A stretch of 64,000 nt of DNA from an uncultured Gemmatimonadota bacterium (GCA_964518305.1 CAZFDK010000008.1:14252-78251); one strand, 5' to 3'; positions 55,691 through 64,000 are shown, counted from the stretch's first letter. Notes: generated by a model from the letters alone, not told the origin. Numbers and translations are program-made.

Positions 55691-56472
55691 TCAGAAACGG
55701 TATTCGAGGGACATCACGCCGTAGTGGAGCCACGCGAACGCGTAGACCGAGTCGACGTCGGCCCCGCCCTGCACGTCCGGTACCCCGCCGAGAGCGTCCA
55801 GCGGTCGCTCAGGTCGTATCGCGCCTGGAGGGTGACGTCCTCCGCCCGGCCGGGGCCACCCGCCAGTGCGTCGGCATCGAGCTCCGCGCGCCAACGCCGG
55901 GCGAACCGCCAGCCCCCGGAGAGGTGCAGGAGGTGGACGAAGCCGAAATCGGTCTTCCCGCTGGTCGTCCCTCCCTGCTCCAGCTCGACGACGGCGTCCC
56001 GGATCTTGGCCGTGAAACCGACGTTCCAGGTCCAGCTCCGGCCGTGGTGGAAGCGGTACAGGTACGAGAGGCGATAGGAGTTAAAATGGTACGTGACGTC
56101 CGTGGGCACGTCGGGGGCGTAGCTGGCGCCGGCGAAGTCGACGGTCTCCGGAAGACGGCCCGATTCCGTGAACTGGAGCGGCGCCACGAGCGCCCGGAGG
56201 GCATGGCTCTCGTCCAGTCTCCACGTCACGTAGAGCCGTCCCGCTGGCCACGGCCCACCCCCCGTCAGGTCCTGCAGGAAGAAACGAGTGCCGGACGGGT
56301 CGTTCGGGATCTGGACGTCGTTTCTCGTCTGCCAGACCGGGCCCGTCTCGAGCTCGACGACGAAGGGCGAGCGCTCGTCATCCACGGACGGCTCCTGTGC
56401 GGACGCCGTGCCCGCGGCGAGCGTCACCGCCATCCCCAGTCCGACGACCGCAGCGGCGCGCGCCGCTATCAG
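55691..56472 (-). pseudogene. Outer-membrane beta-barrel protein gene with a 1-nt frameshift near its 3' end
   Basis: Signal peptide ...AVTLAAGTASA/QEP and alternating beta-strand pattern. At ~55774-55776 the frame that reads ...WTLSAGYRT must shift to continue as VQGGADVDSVYAFAWLHYGVMSLEYRF* (canonical barrel C-terminus, stop at 55691). The start is ambiguous: CTG at 56472 overlapping the nosL stop, or ATG at 56433. Confidence 0.55.
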
Positions 56473-56972
56473 GACCCGCCCGTTCGCCCGGGCGACGACT
56501 CGACGCCTCCCGTGTCCGCCATGGCCCGGAGCTCCGCCCAGGTGAGGACGCTCGCGCCCAGCTCCCCGGCCAAGCTGTCGGCCCGGGAGGACGCAGTGGC
56601 GACGATGCCGAAAGCCATGGGGGTCTGGAGATCCTCTCCCTGCACGTAAGCGGCGGAGTCCGCCGTCAGCCACTCGCGGGTCGCGTAGTCCTTGACCCAG
56701 CGACCCAGGATCCGGACGTCGGTATGCTCCTGCCGATAGAGGACGACGGCGGCCACGTCGTCGAACACGCGGTACGCCCTTCCCTCCTCGTCCTCGATCA
56801 TCAGGCCCGCGGCGTGGCGCTCCTCGCTGATGATCATCCCGCACCGGTGGCAGACGGCCTGGCCGTAGCTGATCCTCGGCGGCTCCACGGGCCGGGGCTC
56901 CTGCTCGCAAGCGACAGTCGTTCCGGCCAGCAGCGCCAGACCCGCGGCCGCGACGTCACGTGCTGTCGTCAT
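56469..56972 (-). CDS. nosL: NosL-family copper-chaperone-like lipoprotein
   Basis: Lipobox-like LLAGTTVAC. CHRCGMIISEERHAAG...FDDV pattern. GGAGG SD 6 nt upstream. Confidence 0.68.
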   Translation of the reverse strand: MTTARDVAAAGLALLAGTTVACEQEPRPVEPPRISYGQAVCHRCGMIISEERHAAGLMIEDEEGRAYRVFDDVAAVVLYRQEHTDVRILGRWVKDYATREWLTADSAAYVQGEDLQTPMAFGIVATASSRADSLAGELGASVLTWAELRAMADTGGVESSPGRTGGS

Positions 56973-57413
56973 TCTCGCCCTCCTGTACCGCGACTCGTGC
57001 CCGTACGCCGCTCCGGACGCTAACCCGCTTCTGCACGGATATCCTGCGAATTCTTGTAGACCAGCGCGACGCCGGCGATCGGCGCCAAAATCCACCCGAA
57101 GAAGAAGCGCAGCCGCGCTCCCACGGCCGACCCCCAACGTAAGGTGACCCGCGACCGTCGACCGGGCGAGGGGAGGGATCCGGAAGTATGTGGCGCAGCG
57201 GCACACCCGAGGCTCGTACGATTCAGACCGAGGCCGCGGCGTGCCCACGAGCTCGTGCACCGGCGTCAGCTCCGTCTGCAACTGGAGGAGGAGCGGCGCC
57301 TCTCTACGGGACGGTGGGGACCGTCCTCGGCCACCCGATCCCGGAAAGTCTGCTCGACGAAGGGGCCGGAGCGATAGAGCTGGCTCGCCGGGCTCGAGGG
57401 CGCCGGGTCGTCG

Positions 57414-57599
57414 GTGTGGAACGGCGCCTACGGGCTCGAAACCGCCTGCACGGCTGCGCCCGAGGTGTCCGCCGTCGTCCAGGAGACAGGAACCTCCACT
57501 TCCGTGGACGCACTCTTCCTGTGGCTCGTCCTGGCGACCGCCGCCGTCGTGGCCGTGAGCTTCCTGCACCTGGAGCGGGCGAAGGGTGCAGCAGGATAG
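57414..57599 (+). CDS. Possible small tail-anchored membrane protein (61 aa)
   Basis: GC3 is about 84% by hand count. C-terminal TM ALFLWLVLATAAVVAVSFL. GTG start without a clear SD. It lies in an otherwise unassigned 740-nt gap. Confidence 0.25.
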   Translation: MWNGAYGLETACTAAPEVSAVVQETGTSTSVDALFLWLVLATAAVVAVSFLHLERAKGAAG

Positions 57600-57710
57600 A
57601 CGGTCGAACGGTCCGAACTCCAGAGTCCCGGAATCGGACCGATTGCGAGAGAACGTGGACAGGAAGTTTGAGAGAAGCCGCAATCTCACGGGTTCCGCGA
57701 ACCCACGCCT

Positions 57711-57920
57711 TCATTCCTCCAGCGGCGGAAATCCGGTCCGAATGTGGGACGCGTACCTCTCGGCCTTCCGGGCGAGAACCTCGACGCCCGGCTGCTCCAC
57801 CCCTTCCGCCTCCCCGGCCAGCGCCCGGAACTCCGCAGCCAGAGCCTCACCCGGCGACTCGGAGGCCTCGTACCGCTCCCTGAGCTCCCGGAATCGCTCG
57901 AACATCTCACCGGCGTTCAT
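57711..57920 (-). CDS. Hypothetical small helical protein (69 aa)
   Basis: GGGAGG SD 8 nt upstream. Good coding composition. Confidence 0.5.
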   Translation of the reverse strand: MNAGEMFERFRELRERYEASESPGEALAAEFRALAGEAEGVEQPGVEVLARKAERYASHIRTGFPPLEE

Positions 57921-58134
57921 CCGATTCGCCTCCCGCCCTGTATTTCCGTCCTCCGGGGCCGCCGTCGAGCCAGCGACCGCATCCCCGATCCGGCTGCCCG
58001 TCCAGCTCGACGGCGACCGTCTTCGGGAACTCGGTGCCGCTCGCAGCGACGCCCGGCTCCTCGGGACCGATTATCCGCAGATCCCGGGCCCGAGGGTCCG
58101 CGGGCCCTCTCGCTGCAGTCGGTGATTCGTGCGT

Positions 58135-58965
58135 TCAGGCGAACAGCTCTCCCTGCTCGGAGAGTTCGGAAGGCGCCACGGCGTCCTGTCCGAGTCGACG
58201 CTGCGTCCGCCGGGCGCTCTCGGGGGCGTGCCCCTCGTAGTCGTCGTTGTAGAAGCCGAATACGGTGTCCTTCTTCTCGGCCGCTTTCCGGAGCACCCGC
58301 ACCCATGCCTCCCGCTCCTCGGAACGCTCGAGCAGGCCCTCGCCCGGTGGGGGAGGCGAGTCGGGCCGATCCTTTCCCATCCATCGCACGTACAGCAGCG
58401 GACCGGGCGCCACGCGGGCGGCCCGGAGGGCGGCGCGGGCGCCGAGCCACTGCCCCTGGCTCACGGCCAGCGAGACGCCCTGGCGGTGGAGGAGGCCCAG
58501 GACCTCCTCGTTGAGCCACGCCGGGTCCCGAAACTCCACGGCGAAGTTCGGCTCCGGCGGGCGAGCGTCCAGGAACGCGGCCAGGGCCTCGCCGCCCTCC
58601 TCGGGGCCGAAGCCCGGCGGGAGCTGCACGAGAACGGGACCCAGCTTCTCGCCCAGCTTCCCCGCCCGGCGGCAGAACTCCTCCAGCCGCTTCGGGTGAC
58701 CCTCGAGCCTGGCCTCGTGGGTGATCTCGCCCGGCACCTTCACGGCAAAGAGGAAGCCCTCGGGCGTCTCCCGCCGCCACTTCTCGAAGCGCTCGGCCGG
58801 CGGCGCTCCGTAGAACGTGGAGTTCACCTCCACCACGTCGAAGGCACGGGCGTAGGTGGATAGCCGGTTCTCGGAGGGGGTGCCCGGCGGGTAGAAGCGG
58901 TCCTGCCAGACCTCGTACGCCCATCCCTGCGTGCCGATGTGGATCCGACCGTCCTGATCGCTCAC
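58135..58965 (-). CDS. DUF72-family protein
   Basis: IGTQGWAY..W...FYP, VEVNSTFY, FLFAVKVP, LVQLPP and FAVEFR motifs. Confidence 0.85.
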   Translation of the reverse strand: MSDQDGRIHIGTQGWAYEVWQDRFYPPGTPSENRLSTYARAFDVVEVNSTFYGAPPAERFEKWRRETPEGFLFAVKVPGEITHEARLEGHPKRLEEFCRRAGKLGEKLGPVLVQLPPGFGPEEGGEALAAFLDARPPEPNFAVEFRDPAWLNEEVLGLLHRQGVSLAVSQGQWLGARAALRAARVAPGPLLYVRWMGKDRPDSPPPPGEGLLERSEEREAWVRVLRKAAEKKDTVFGFYNDDYEGHAPESARRTQRRLGQDAVAPSELSEQGELFA

Positions 58966-59005
58966 GGTCCCAGCCGGCCCACCCGGGAGCGCCTCCCCGG
59001 AGACG

Positions 59006-59917
59006 TCACAGTGGTCCTCCCGACGCGCGTTTCACGGAAAGATCCCAGAGTCCGAGGGCCCCCAGCAGCGCCAGATTCGGAAAGAGGAGGGGTGCGAAGA
59101 CCGGGGCGCCGTACAGCAGCTTCTCCGCCAGTCCCGCGCGGGAGGCCTCGAGCAGAGGGTCCAGGTGCAGGGCGAGGCCGGCGACGCCGACCACCGCCTC
59201 GAGCCCCATCACCCAGAAGCCGGCTCTCAGGAATGGGCGGCTCACACTCCGTGCGAGCAGGGTCAACAGATAGCCCACGGCCAGGGCGGCCGCCGCCACC
59301 GGGATCCACTCGGTAACGAAGAAGAAGCCGTTCTGGGCATGGTCGGCCAGCGACAGCGCGAAGTTGCCCGCGAACCCGCCGAGCGTGAGGACCAGTATCC
59401 ACTCGGCCCATCCCTCCAGCGACGGGTCCACCATCCGGTTCAGGAGCAGCAGAAACCCGAGCCCCGTGAAGGACAGGGGGGCTGCGAAGGGCGCGGAGTA
59501 GACCAGGCTGCGGAGTGTGGTCTCCTGGAAGAACTGCCCCTCCAGGTGGAGGATCAGGCCGGTCACGCCGACCAGTATCGAGGCTCCTCCGACGAGCCAC
59601 CCGGCGGCCCGGGACGCGCCCGAAGGGGGGACGCCGTCCCCGCGCCTCGCTGCACGCACGACGGTAACGGCGAGGACCGCGGCGGCGACGGCCGAGAAGA
59701 TGGGCGGGACGTACTCGGCGCGGTGGGCGAAGTCGTTCGCCTCGTGGACGATCCAGGTGTCGGCCACGAGGAATCCGAAGTTCATCGTGACGAAGATCTC
59801 GAGGAGGAGCGGCCGGTCCCTGAGCCAGGCCCACGCCCTCCCGCTCCGGCCCCCGTCGGGCGCCCGGCCCCGTCCGGCCCCCTCTCCTGCGGTCTGCCGG
59901 GCTTCATTCCTGTCCAT
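59006..59917 (-). CDS. Integral membrane protein, 8 TM with internal 4-TM duplication; partner of the octaheme cytochrome
   Basis: Overlaps the upstream cytochrome gene by 14 nt. LHLEGQFF...LVYSAPFAAPL is paralleled by LHLDPLLE...LLYGAPVFAPL. Conserved His residues sit at the helix ends. Confidence 0.7.
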   Translation of the reverse strand: MDRNEARQTAGEGAGRGRAPDGGRSGRAWAWLRDRPLLLEIFVTMNFGFLVADTWIVHEANDFAHRAEYVPPIFSAVAAAVLAVTVVRAARRGDGVPPSGASRAAGWLVGGASILVGVTGLILHLEGQFFQETTLRSLVYSAPFAAPLSFTGLGFLLLLNRMVDPSLEGWAEWILVLTLGGFAGNFALSLADHAQNGFFFVTEWIPVAAAALAVGYLLTLLARSVSRPFLRAGFWVMGLEAVVGVAGLALHLDPLLEASRAGLAEKLLYGAPVFAPLLFPNLALLGALGLWDLSVKRASGGPL

Positions 59918-61187
59918 GTGCGGCGCTCCGGAGCTCCGCGGCCTGCTCCCGGAGCTCCAGCATGTGGGTCATGATCTCGTAGTTGCCGTGCCACTGCACG
60001 TAGTCGGCGCCTCCCATGAACGCACCGTGCTTGGCCGTCCGCCCATAATAGTGCCAGAGATCGAAATAGGTGATCTCGATGGTCTCGTCGAAGGGCTGCG
60101 GCGTCAGCAGCCCGTCGGCGCGGAGGCTGTCCATGAGCGACCGCGCCTCCCGGATCTTCGCGTTCGTGGAGGCCACCACCTCTTCGGCCTGGCCGTAGAA
60201 CTCCTCGGTGTGATCCGAGGTGTGACAGGTGTTGCAGACCTCCTTCATGGCGTTTTGTCCCCGCTGGTAGTGGTCCCGCTTCTCGGAGATCGGGGCGAAG
60301 AGGAACCAGGAGAGCCGCTCCGTCACGTCGTGGGTCACGCCCGCTCCGGCCAGACCGCTCATGTGGCAGGTGGAGCAGGTGGGCACCGGCATGTCGTCCA
60401 CGCCGAGCTCCCCGGGCGGGGCGTCCAGGTTCATGCCGCCGCGGATGCTGTTGAAGATCACTCCGTGCTTGGACTCCCGGAAGATCTCGAGCTGCGAGTG
60501 GTCGGGCCCCATGTGGCACTGGCCGCAGGTCTGGGGCATCCGGGCCAGCCTGATGGACGTCTGGTGCCGGGCGTGGCAGGCCGTGCACTGGCCGATGGAA
60601 CCGTCCTCGTTGGGCTTGCCGATGGAGTGGCAGGAGATGCACCCGGACTCCCGGGCCGCCTCCCCCTCGATCTGGGCCAGCCGGTTGGGCGGTCGGTCCA
60701 CGGCGCCCGGGTGGTATCTCTCGGCCCGGGCGATCTGCTCCCCGGTGAACGGCTCACTCCCCATCACCGCGGCGTAGGCGGGAGCGGCGTGCCGGCTCCG
60801 GGCGAACTGCCGGTACTGGTCGGCGTGACACGACTGGCAGTTCTTCGAGGTCACCTCCGTCGTGATCTCGAAGCCGCGGTGGCTGGTGGTGTCCTGCCCG
60901 GAACGGGGCCGGTGGCAGTCGAGGCAGTTGGTGTTGGCCTCGGCGTGTCGGCTCCGCTCGAACTCGCGGACGATGGCCCGGGTCTCCCGCCGGTGGCAGG
61001 CGGCGCACTCACCGGTGGCTTTCACCAGATCCGGCGAGGGCTGCTGGGTGACCGAGGCCGGACGCTCCCGGTTCAGCAGGAAGGCCCCCACCACGAGGGC
61101 CGTCGCGATGACGACGGTGAGGAAGATCGAGCCGAAGGAGAGCCCATCGCCTCCGTCGGTCTCGGGCTCGTCGGGAGAAGCCGTCAT
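59904..61187 (-). CDS. Membrane-anchored octaheme c-type cytochrome (hydroxylamine-oxidoreductase-like family)
   Basis: N-terminal TM. Eight CXXCH motifs (CAACH, CLDCH, CQSCH, CISCH, CTACH, CGQCH, CSTCH, CNTCH). The C-terminal YFDLWHYYGRTAKHGAFMGGADY is HAO-family-like. Confidence 0.85.
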   Translation of the reverse strand: MTASPDEPETDGGDGLSFGSIFLTVVIATALVVGAFLLNRERPASVTQQPSPDLVKATGECAACHRRETRAIVREFERSRHAEANTNCLDCHRPRSGQDTTSHRGFEITTEVTSKNCQSCHADQYRQFARSRHAAPAYAAVMGSEPFTGEQIARAERYHPGAVDRPPNRLAQIEGEAARESGCISCHSIGKPNEDGSIGQCTACHARHQTSIRLARMPQTCGQCHMGPDHSQLEIFRESKHGVIFNSIRGGMNLDAPPGELGVDDMPVPTCSTCHMSGLAGAGVTHDVTERLSWFLFAPISEKRDHYQRGQNAMKEVCNTCHTSDHTEEFYGQAEEVVASTNAKIREARSLMDSLRADGLLTPQPFDETIEITYFDLWHYYGRTAKHGAFMGGADYVQWHGNYEIMTHMLELREQAAELRSAAHGQE

Positions 61188-61282
61188 GGGGAGCTCTGTG
61201 CCGGGCTCCTGCAGCTCGGACCGGGGACGCGGCCCGCGGGTGGGACGACGCCTTTAGGTGTGTCGCCACGCCGCGGGGCGCG

Positions 61283-61759
61283 TCAACCCGTCGTCGGTCC
61301 CCTGCCCTCGTCCGGCGCGGCGGTGGGCGGCCAGGCGAAGTCCACGGGCAGCGCTGCGGGGTGGGGCACCAGCAGGACCGCGCCAGCCCCGAACCCGGAC
61401 CGGCGAACGTCCTCCAGCGACCCGTACAGCAGCCGCTCCCGCCCGGTGCCCAGTCCGGACGCAACGAGGGCGGGCGTCTCCGCGGAGACGCCGGCGTCGT
61501 GCAGCCGGCCGGCGGCCTCGGATGCCGACAGTCGGGGTCCGAAGCGGACCATCACGTGCCGCCGATCGTCCCATGCCGCGGAGAGTCGCGGGAGCGCGTC
61601 GCCGAATCCCGCTCCCTCGCCGGGTTCGTCGTCTCCCGCGTCGAACCCGACCACGAACGCTGGCTTCGGATCCGGCAGACCGGCCCGCTCGGCAGCCAGG
61701 GCCGCCGCGGCCGGGAGCCCGGCGCCCGCCTCCGCGCTGCCGCCGTCGATCCGGCTCAC
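61283..61759 (-). CDS. Tetrapyrrole-methylase-like protein, C-terminal subdomain only
   Basis: HVMVRFGPRLSASEAAGRLHDAGVSAETPALVASGLGTGRERLLYGSLEDV...AVLLV resembles the C-terminal half of CobA/CysG-type methylases. No N-terminal GxGxGD half. GTG start overlaps the receptor stop (GTGA). Confidence 0.5.
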   Translation of the reverse strand: MSRIDGGSAEAGAGLPAAAALAAERAGLPDPKPAFVVGFDAGDDEPGEGAGFGDALPRLSAAWDDRRHVMVRFGPRLSASEAAGRLHDAGVSAETPALVASGLGTGRERLLYGSLEDVRRSGFGAGAVLLVPHPAALPVDFAWPPTAAPDEGRGPTTG

Positions 61760-63849
61760 AGCCGGAGCCCCGTCCGGAGGCCGACGAAGATCGTGCGCCC
61801 CGGCGCCGGGAAGTTGGCTACCTCCGTGTACTCCGTGTCCAGCAGGTTGCGGACGCTCAGAGTCGGTGTCAGGTCCGGCCGCGCGCCCGACTCCTCGAAG
61901 AGCGTCCACTCCACGGAGACGTCCACCGTGGCGTAGGGATCGAGCTTGATCCGGGGCGCCGGCTGCTGCGAGAAGTCCCGGTCGATGCGCTCCCCCACCC
62001 AGCTGACGCCGGCGGTGAATCGGCCCTGGCCCGCCCTCAGCCGCGCCCGGGCGCCGGCCCGGTGCTCGGGTCGGCGGAGCAGCGGAGCCCCCGGGGCGAA
62101 ACTGGCATCTTCGCCATCGTCGAAGCCGGAGTCCAGCACCTCGGTGTCCGTCCACGTGTAGCTGCCATCCAGCTCCAGCCGCTCCGAGGGACGGGCCGTG
62201 ACCGCGGCTTCCAGCCCGTCGGAGCGGGCCTCGGCCACGTTGAAGTAGTTCGGACCGTCGGGCTCCGGCGGCTGGAAGGTGAACTGGATCAGGTCCTCGA
62301 AGCGCTGGTCGAAGTAGGTCGCGGACACCGTGAGCCGCTCCCCGAGCAGCGGCTGCTCGACGCCGGCCTCCCAGCTCCGCGACCGCTCCGGATCCAGATC
62401 CGGGTTCCCGGTGACGAATCCGGTGGAGTAGTTCTCCAGGAACGTCGGCTCCTTGAATCCCGTACCGAAGCTCCCGCGGAGGACCGTGCCGGTGGGGAGC
62501 TCCCAGGTAGCCCCACCCCGGTAGGTGTCATGGGTCCCGAACTGCTCGTTGTCGTCCACGCGTGCCCCGGCCGACAGCGAGACGGGACCGACCCCCGTGA
62601 CGGCCTGGACGTAGAGAGCACGGTCGTCACGGCGCCGGTCCATGGAGCCCTCGTTCGTGCCAAACGCCGAGACCGACCGGTTGAAGCTGTCCCGGTCCTG
62701 ATTCTCCACGCTCCCGCCCAGCGTGAGGACGGTCCCCTCCTCCGGGCGGTACTCCAGTCGGGCATCGGTGCCCCACCGGTCCACGTCCTGCTGGCTCTCG
62801 AAGGCGTAGGCGCCGAGCGTGTCCGCCGGCCCGTCCTGGCGATCGTCGACGGAGCTCGTGAGCTGGTGGGTCTGCAGCTGCACGCGGGCCTCCAGCTCCG
62901 GCGTCAGCTCGTAGCCCAGGTCCAGCCCCAGCGCCGTCGACTCGTTGCGGCTCACGGCGTTCTCGTCCACCGGCTCCCCGGCGGCGTTCGTCGGGAAGTG
63001 ATACCCGTTGTCCGAGTACCGGAGCGTCAGTCCGGCCGTCACGCCCTCGCCCGGAGCCAGGTCCACACGGCCCGAGGCCACCGTGTTCTCATAGTCGTTG
63101 TTGAGCTCGAAGAGCCCCTCGGTCGTGAAGCGCGAGAGCGAGAAGCTGTAGTCGGCGGTCTCGCCTCCCCCGCTCACCGACGCGTCCCAGCGGAGCGAGC
63201 CGTAGGTCCCCCCACTCACCCCGGCCTCGCCCCGGGGGGCTCCCTCTCCGCCGCCCGTGAAGACCTGCACCACGCCGGTCATGGCGTCCGAGCCGTACAG
63301 CACGCTGGACGGCCCGCGAACCACCTCCACCCGCTCCACGTTGGTGGTCGTCAGGTGGGCGGCGTCGAAGGAGCCGCCGGGCCGGTTGAGCGGAACCCCG
63401 TCCACCAGCACGCGGGTGTAGTCGCTCTCGCCACCCCGCGTGAAGAGCGAGGCGGCGGCACCGAAGGAACCGTTCCGGGCCACGTGCATCCCCGGCACCT
63501 CCTCCAGCGCCTCCGACAGCCGGTGGATTCCGCGAGCCTCCAGTTCCTCGGCGGTGAGCACCGTGGAGCCGTGAGCCACCCGGTTCCGGCGCAGGGGCAC
63601 CCGGTGAGCCGTCACCACCACGTCCTCCAGCTCGTAGCGGACCGAGTCCGGCGACGGCAGCCCCTGGGCCTCCGCGCCCGACGCGGTCCCGAGCGACGCC
63701 ACGATCAGAGCCAGGAGGGGGACGAGGTAGCCGGTTCGGCCCGTCGCTTCGGAACGGCGGGAGGAGCTCCGCGGCGTGCGCCCGGACGCGTCGCCGCGCG
63801 AGCTCCAGAGGGACGTGCGAGAGACGATCGAGTCGGGCAGTGCGAACAT
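61756..63849 (-). CDS. TonB-dependent receptor (BtuB-like)
   Basis: Signal peptide. Plug motifs DVVVTA and VERVEVVRGPSSVLYGSDAMTGVVQV. Long beta-barrel. ATG at 63849 chosen over the listed GTG at 63921. Confidence 0.87.
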   Translation of the reverse strand: MFALPDSIVSRTSLWSSRGDASGRTPRSSSRRSEATGRTGYLVPLLALIVASLGTASGAEAQGLPSPDSVRYELEDVVVTAHRVPLRRNRVAHGSTVLTAEELEARGIHRLSEALEEVPGMHVARNGSFGAAASLFTRGGESDYTRVLVDGVPLNRPGGSFDAAHLTTTNVERVEVVRGPSSVLYGSDAMTGVVQVFTGGGEGAPRGEAGVSGGTYGSLRWDASVSGGGETADYSFSLSRFTTEGLFELNNDYENTVASGRVDLAPGEGVTAGLTLRYSDNGYHFPTNAAGEPVDENAVSRNESTALGLDLGYELTPELEARVQLQTHQLTSSVDDRQDGPADTLGAYAFESQQDVDRWGTDARLEYRPEEGTVLTLGGSVENQDRDSFNRSVSAFGTNEGSMDRRRDDRALYVQAVTGVGPVSLSAGARVDDNEQFGTHDTYRGGATWELPTGTVLRGSFGTGFKEPTFLENYSTGFVTGNPDLDPERSRSWEAGVEQPLLGERLTVSATYFDQRFEDLIQFTFQPPEPDGPNYFNVAEARSDGLEAAVTARPSERLELDGSYTWTDTEVLDSGFDDGEDASFAPGAPLLRRPEHRAGARARLRAGQGRFTAGVSWVGERIDRDFSQQPAPRIKLDPYATVDVSVEWTLFEESGARPDLTPTLSVRNLLDTEYTEVANFPAPGRTIFVGLRTGLRL

Positions 63850-63949
63850 GGAAAACCCGTCCTTTCGAGGTGAAAGGCCGGGCGTGAGGGACGCGCCTTC
63901 GAGAGCGCGCCGCGCCCACACCCTTCCCTGCGAAGAGCTGTCGGGCGCG

Positions 63950-64000
63950 GGCGGGGCACGTCTCCTGACTCGAGGCCTCCGCGGCGCCTTCCCGGGCCGT
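63950..64000 (-). promoter_or_regulatory. Probable 3' portion of a cobalamin riboswitch (B12 box), truncated by the window edge
   Basis: The minus strand reads ...CCCGGGAAGGCGCCGCGGAGGCCUCGAGUCAGGAGACGUGCCCC. GGGAAGGC and AGUCAGGAGAC-GUGCC resemble the conserved J6/3 and B12-box elements as I recall them. It sits ~100 nt upstream of the receptor start. Confidence 0.4.

Noticed and set aside
57020-57124. 34-codon GTG-initiated ORF (VGARLRFFFGWILAPIAGVALVYKNSQDIRAEAG*) just upstream of nosL.
   Set aside because: It is hydrophobic and plausible as a micro-protein. However, GC3 is only ~76%, the SD is weak and the start is GTG. That is too little evidence.

Overview
Very GC-rich, densely coding bacterial chromosomal segment. 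Third codon positions are overwhelmingly G/C, and long Arg/Pro/Gly-rich shadow ORFs appear on the non-coding frames. I support about 65 protein genes. I saw no rRNA, tRNA, CRISPR array, transposase or prophage. Content is mostly housekeeping or accessory metabolism: lepA, pyk, rpsU, cold-shock proteins, Mrp/NifU Fe-S carriers, an aminotransferase, a LOG-family protein, an APC permease, a TetR-controlled RND pump, an S9 peptidase and a penicillin-acylase-family protein. Many adjacent genes are joined by 4-nt GTGA/ATGA stop-start overlaps, which I used to fix several non-ATG starts. The most interesting items are as follows. (1) A 200-codon intein (20892-21491) sits exactly at the third cysteine of the CX3CX2C motif of a PA0069-type radical SAM gene, and it carries a vestigial LAGLIDADG block. 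(2) A monoheme cytochrome c is fused to an outer-membrane-barrel-like domain. It sits next to a pentaheme cytochrome, and a perfect 11-bp-arm palindrome and a membrane-anchored LuxR-type regulator lie in the divergent region. (3) An octaheme HAO-like cytochrome has an internally duplicated 8-TM partner. (4) Three genes carry single disrupting lesions: an in-frame TAG in a cold-shock gene, an in-frame TAG plus large deletions in a tricorn-protease-like gene, and a 1-nt frameshift in an outer-membrane barrel gene downstream of nosL. (5) A pfkB - STAS/GHKL-ATPase - STAS-like - acylase operon. (6) A TonB-dependent receptor is preceded by what looks like the 3' end of a cobalamin riboswitch, cut by the window edge. 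All family assignments come from motif recognition by eye. No database search was run. The phylum cannot be determined from this window; a Gemmatimonadota-like soil or sediment bacterium is only a guess.
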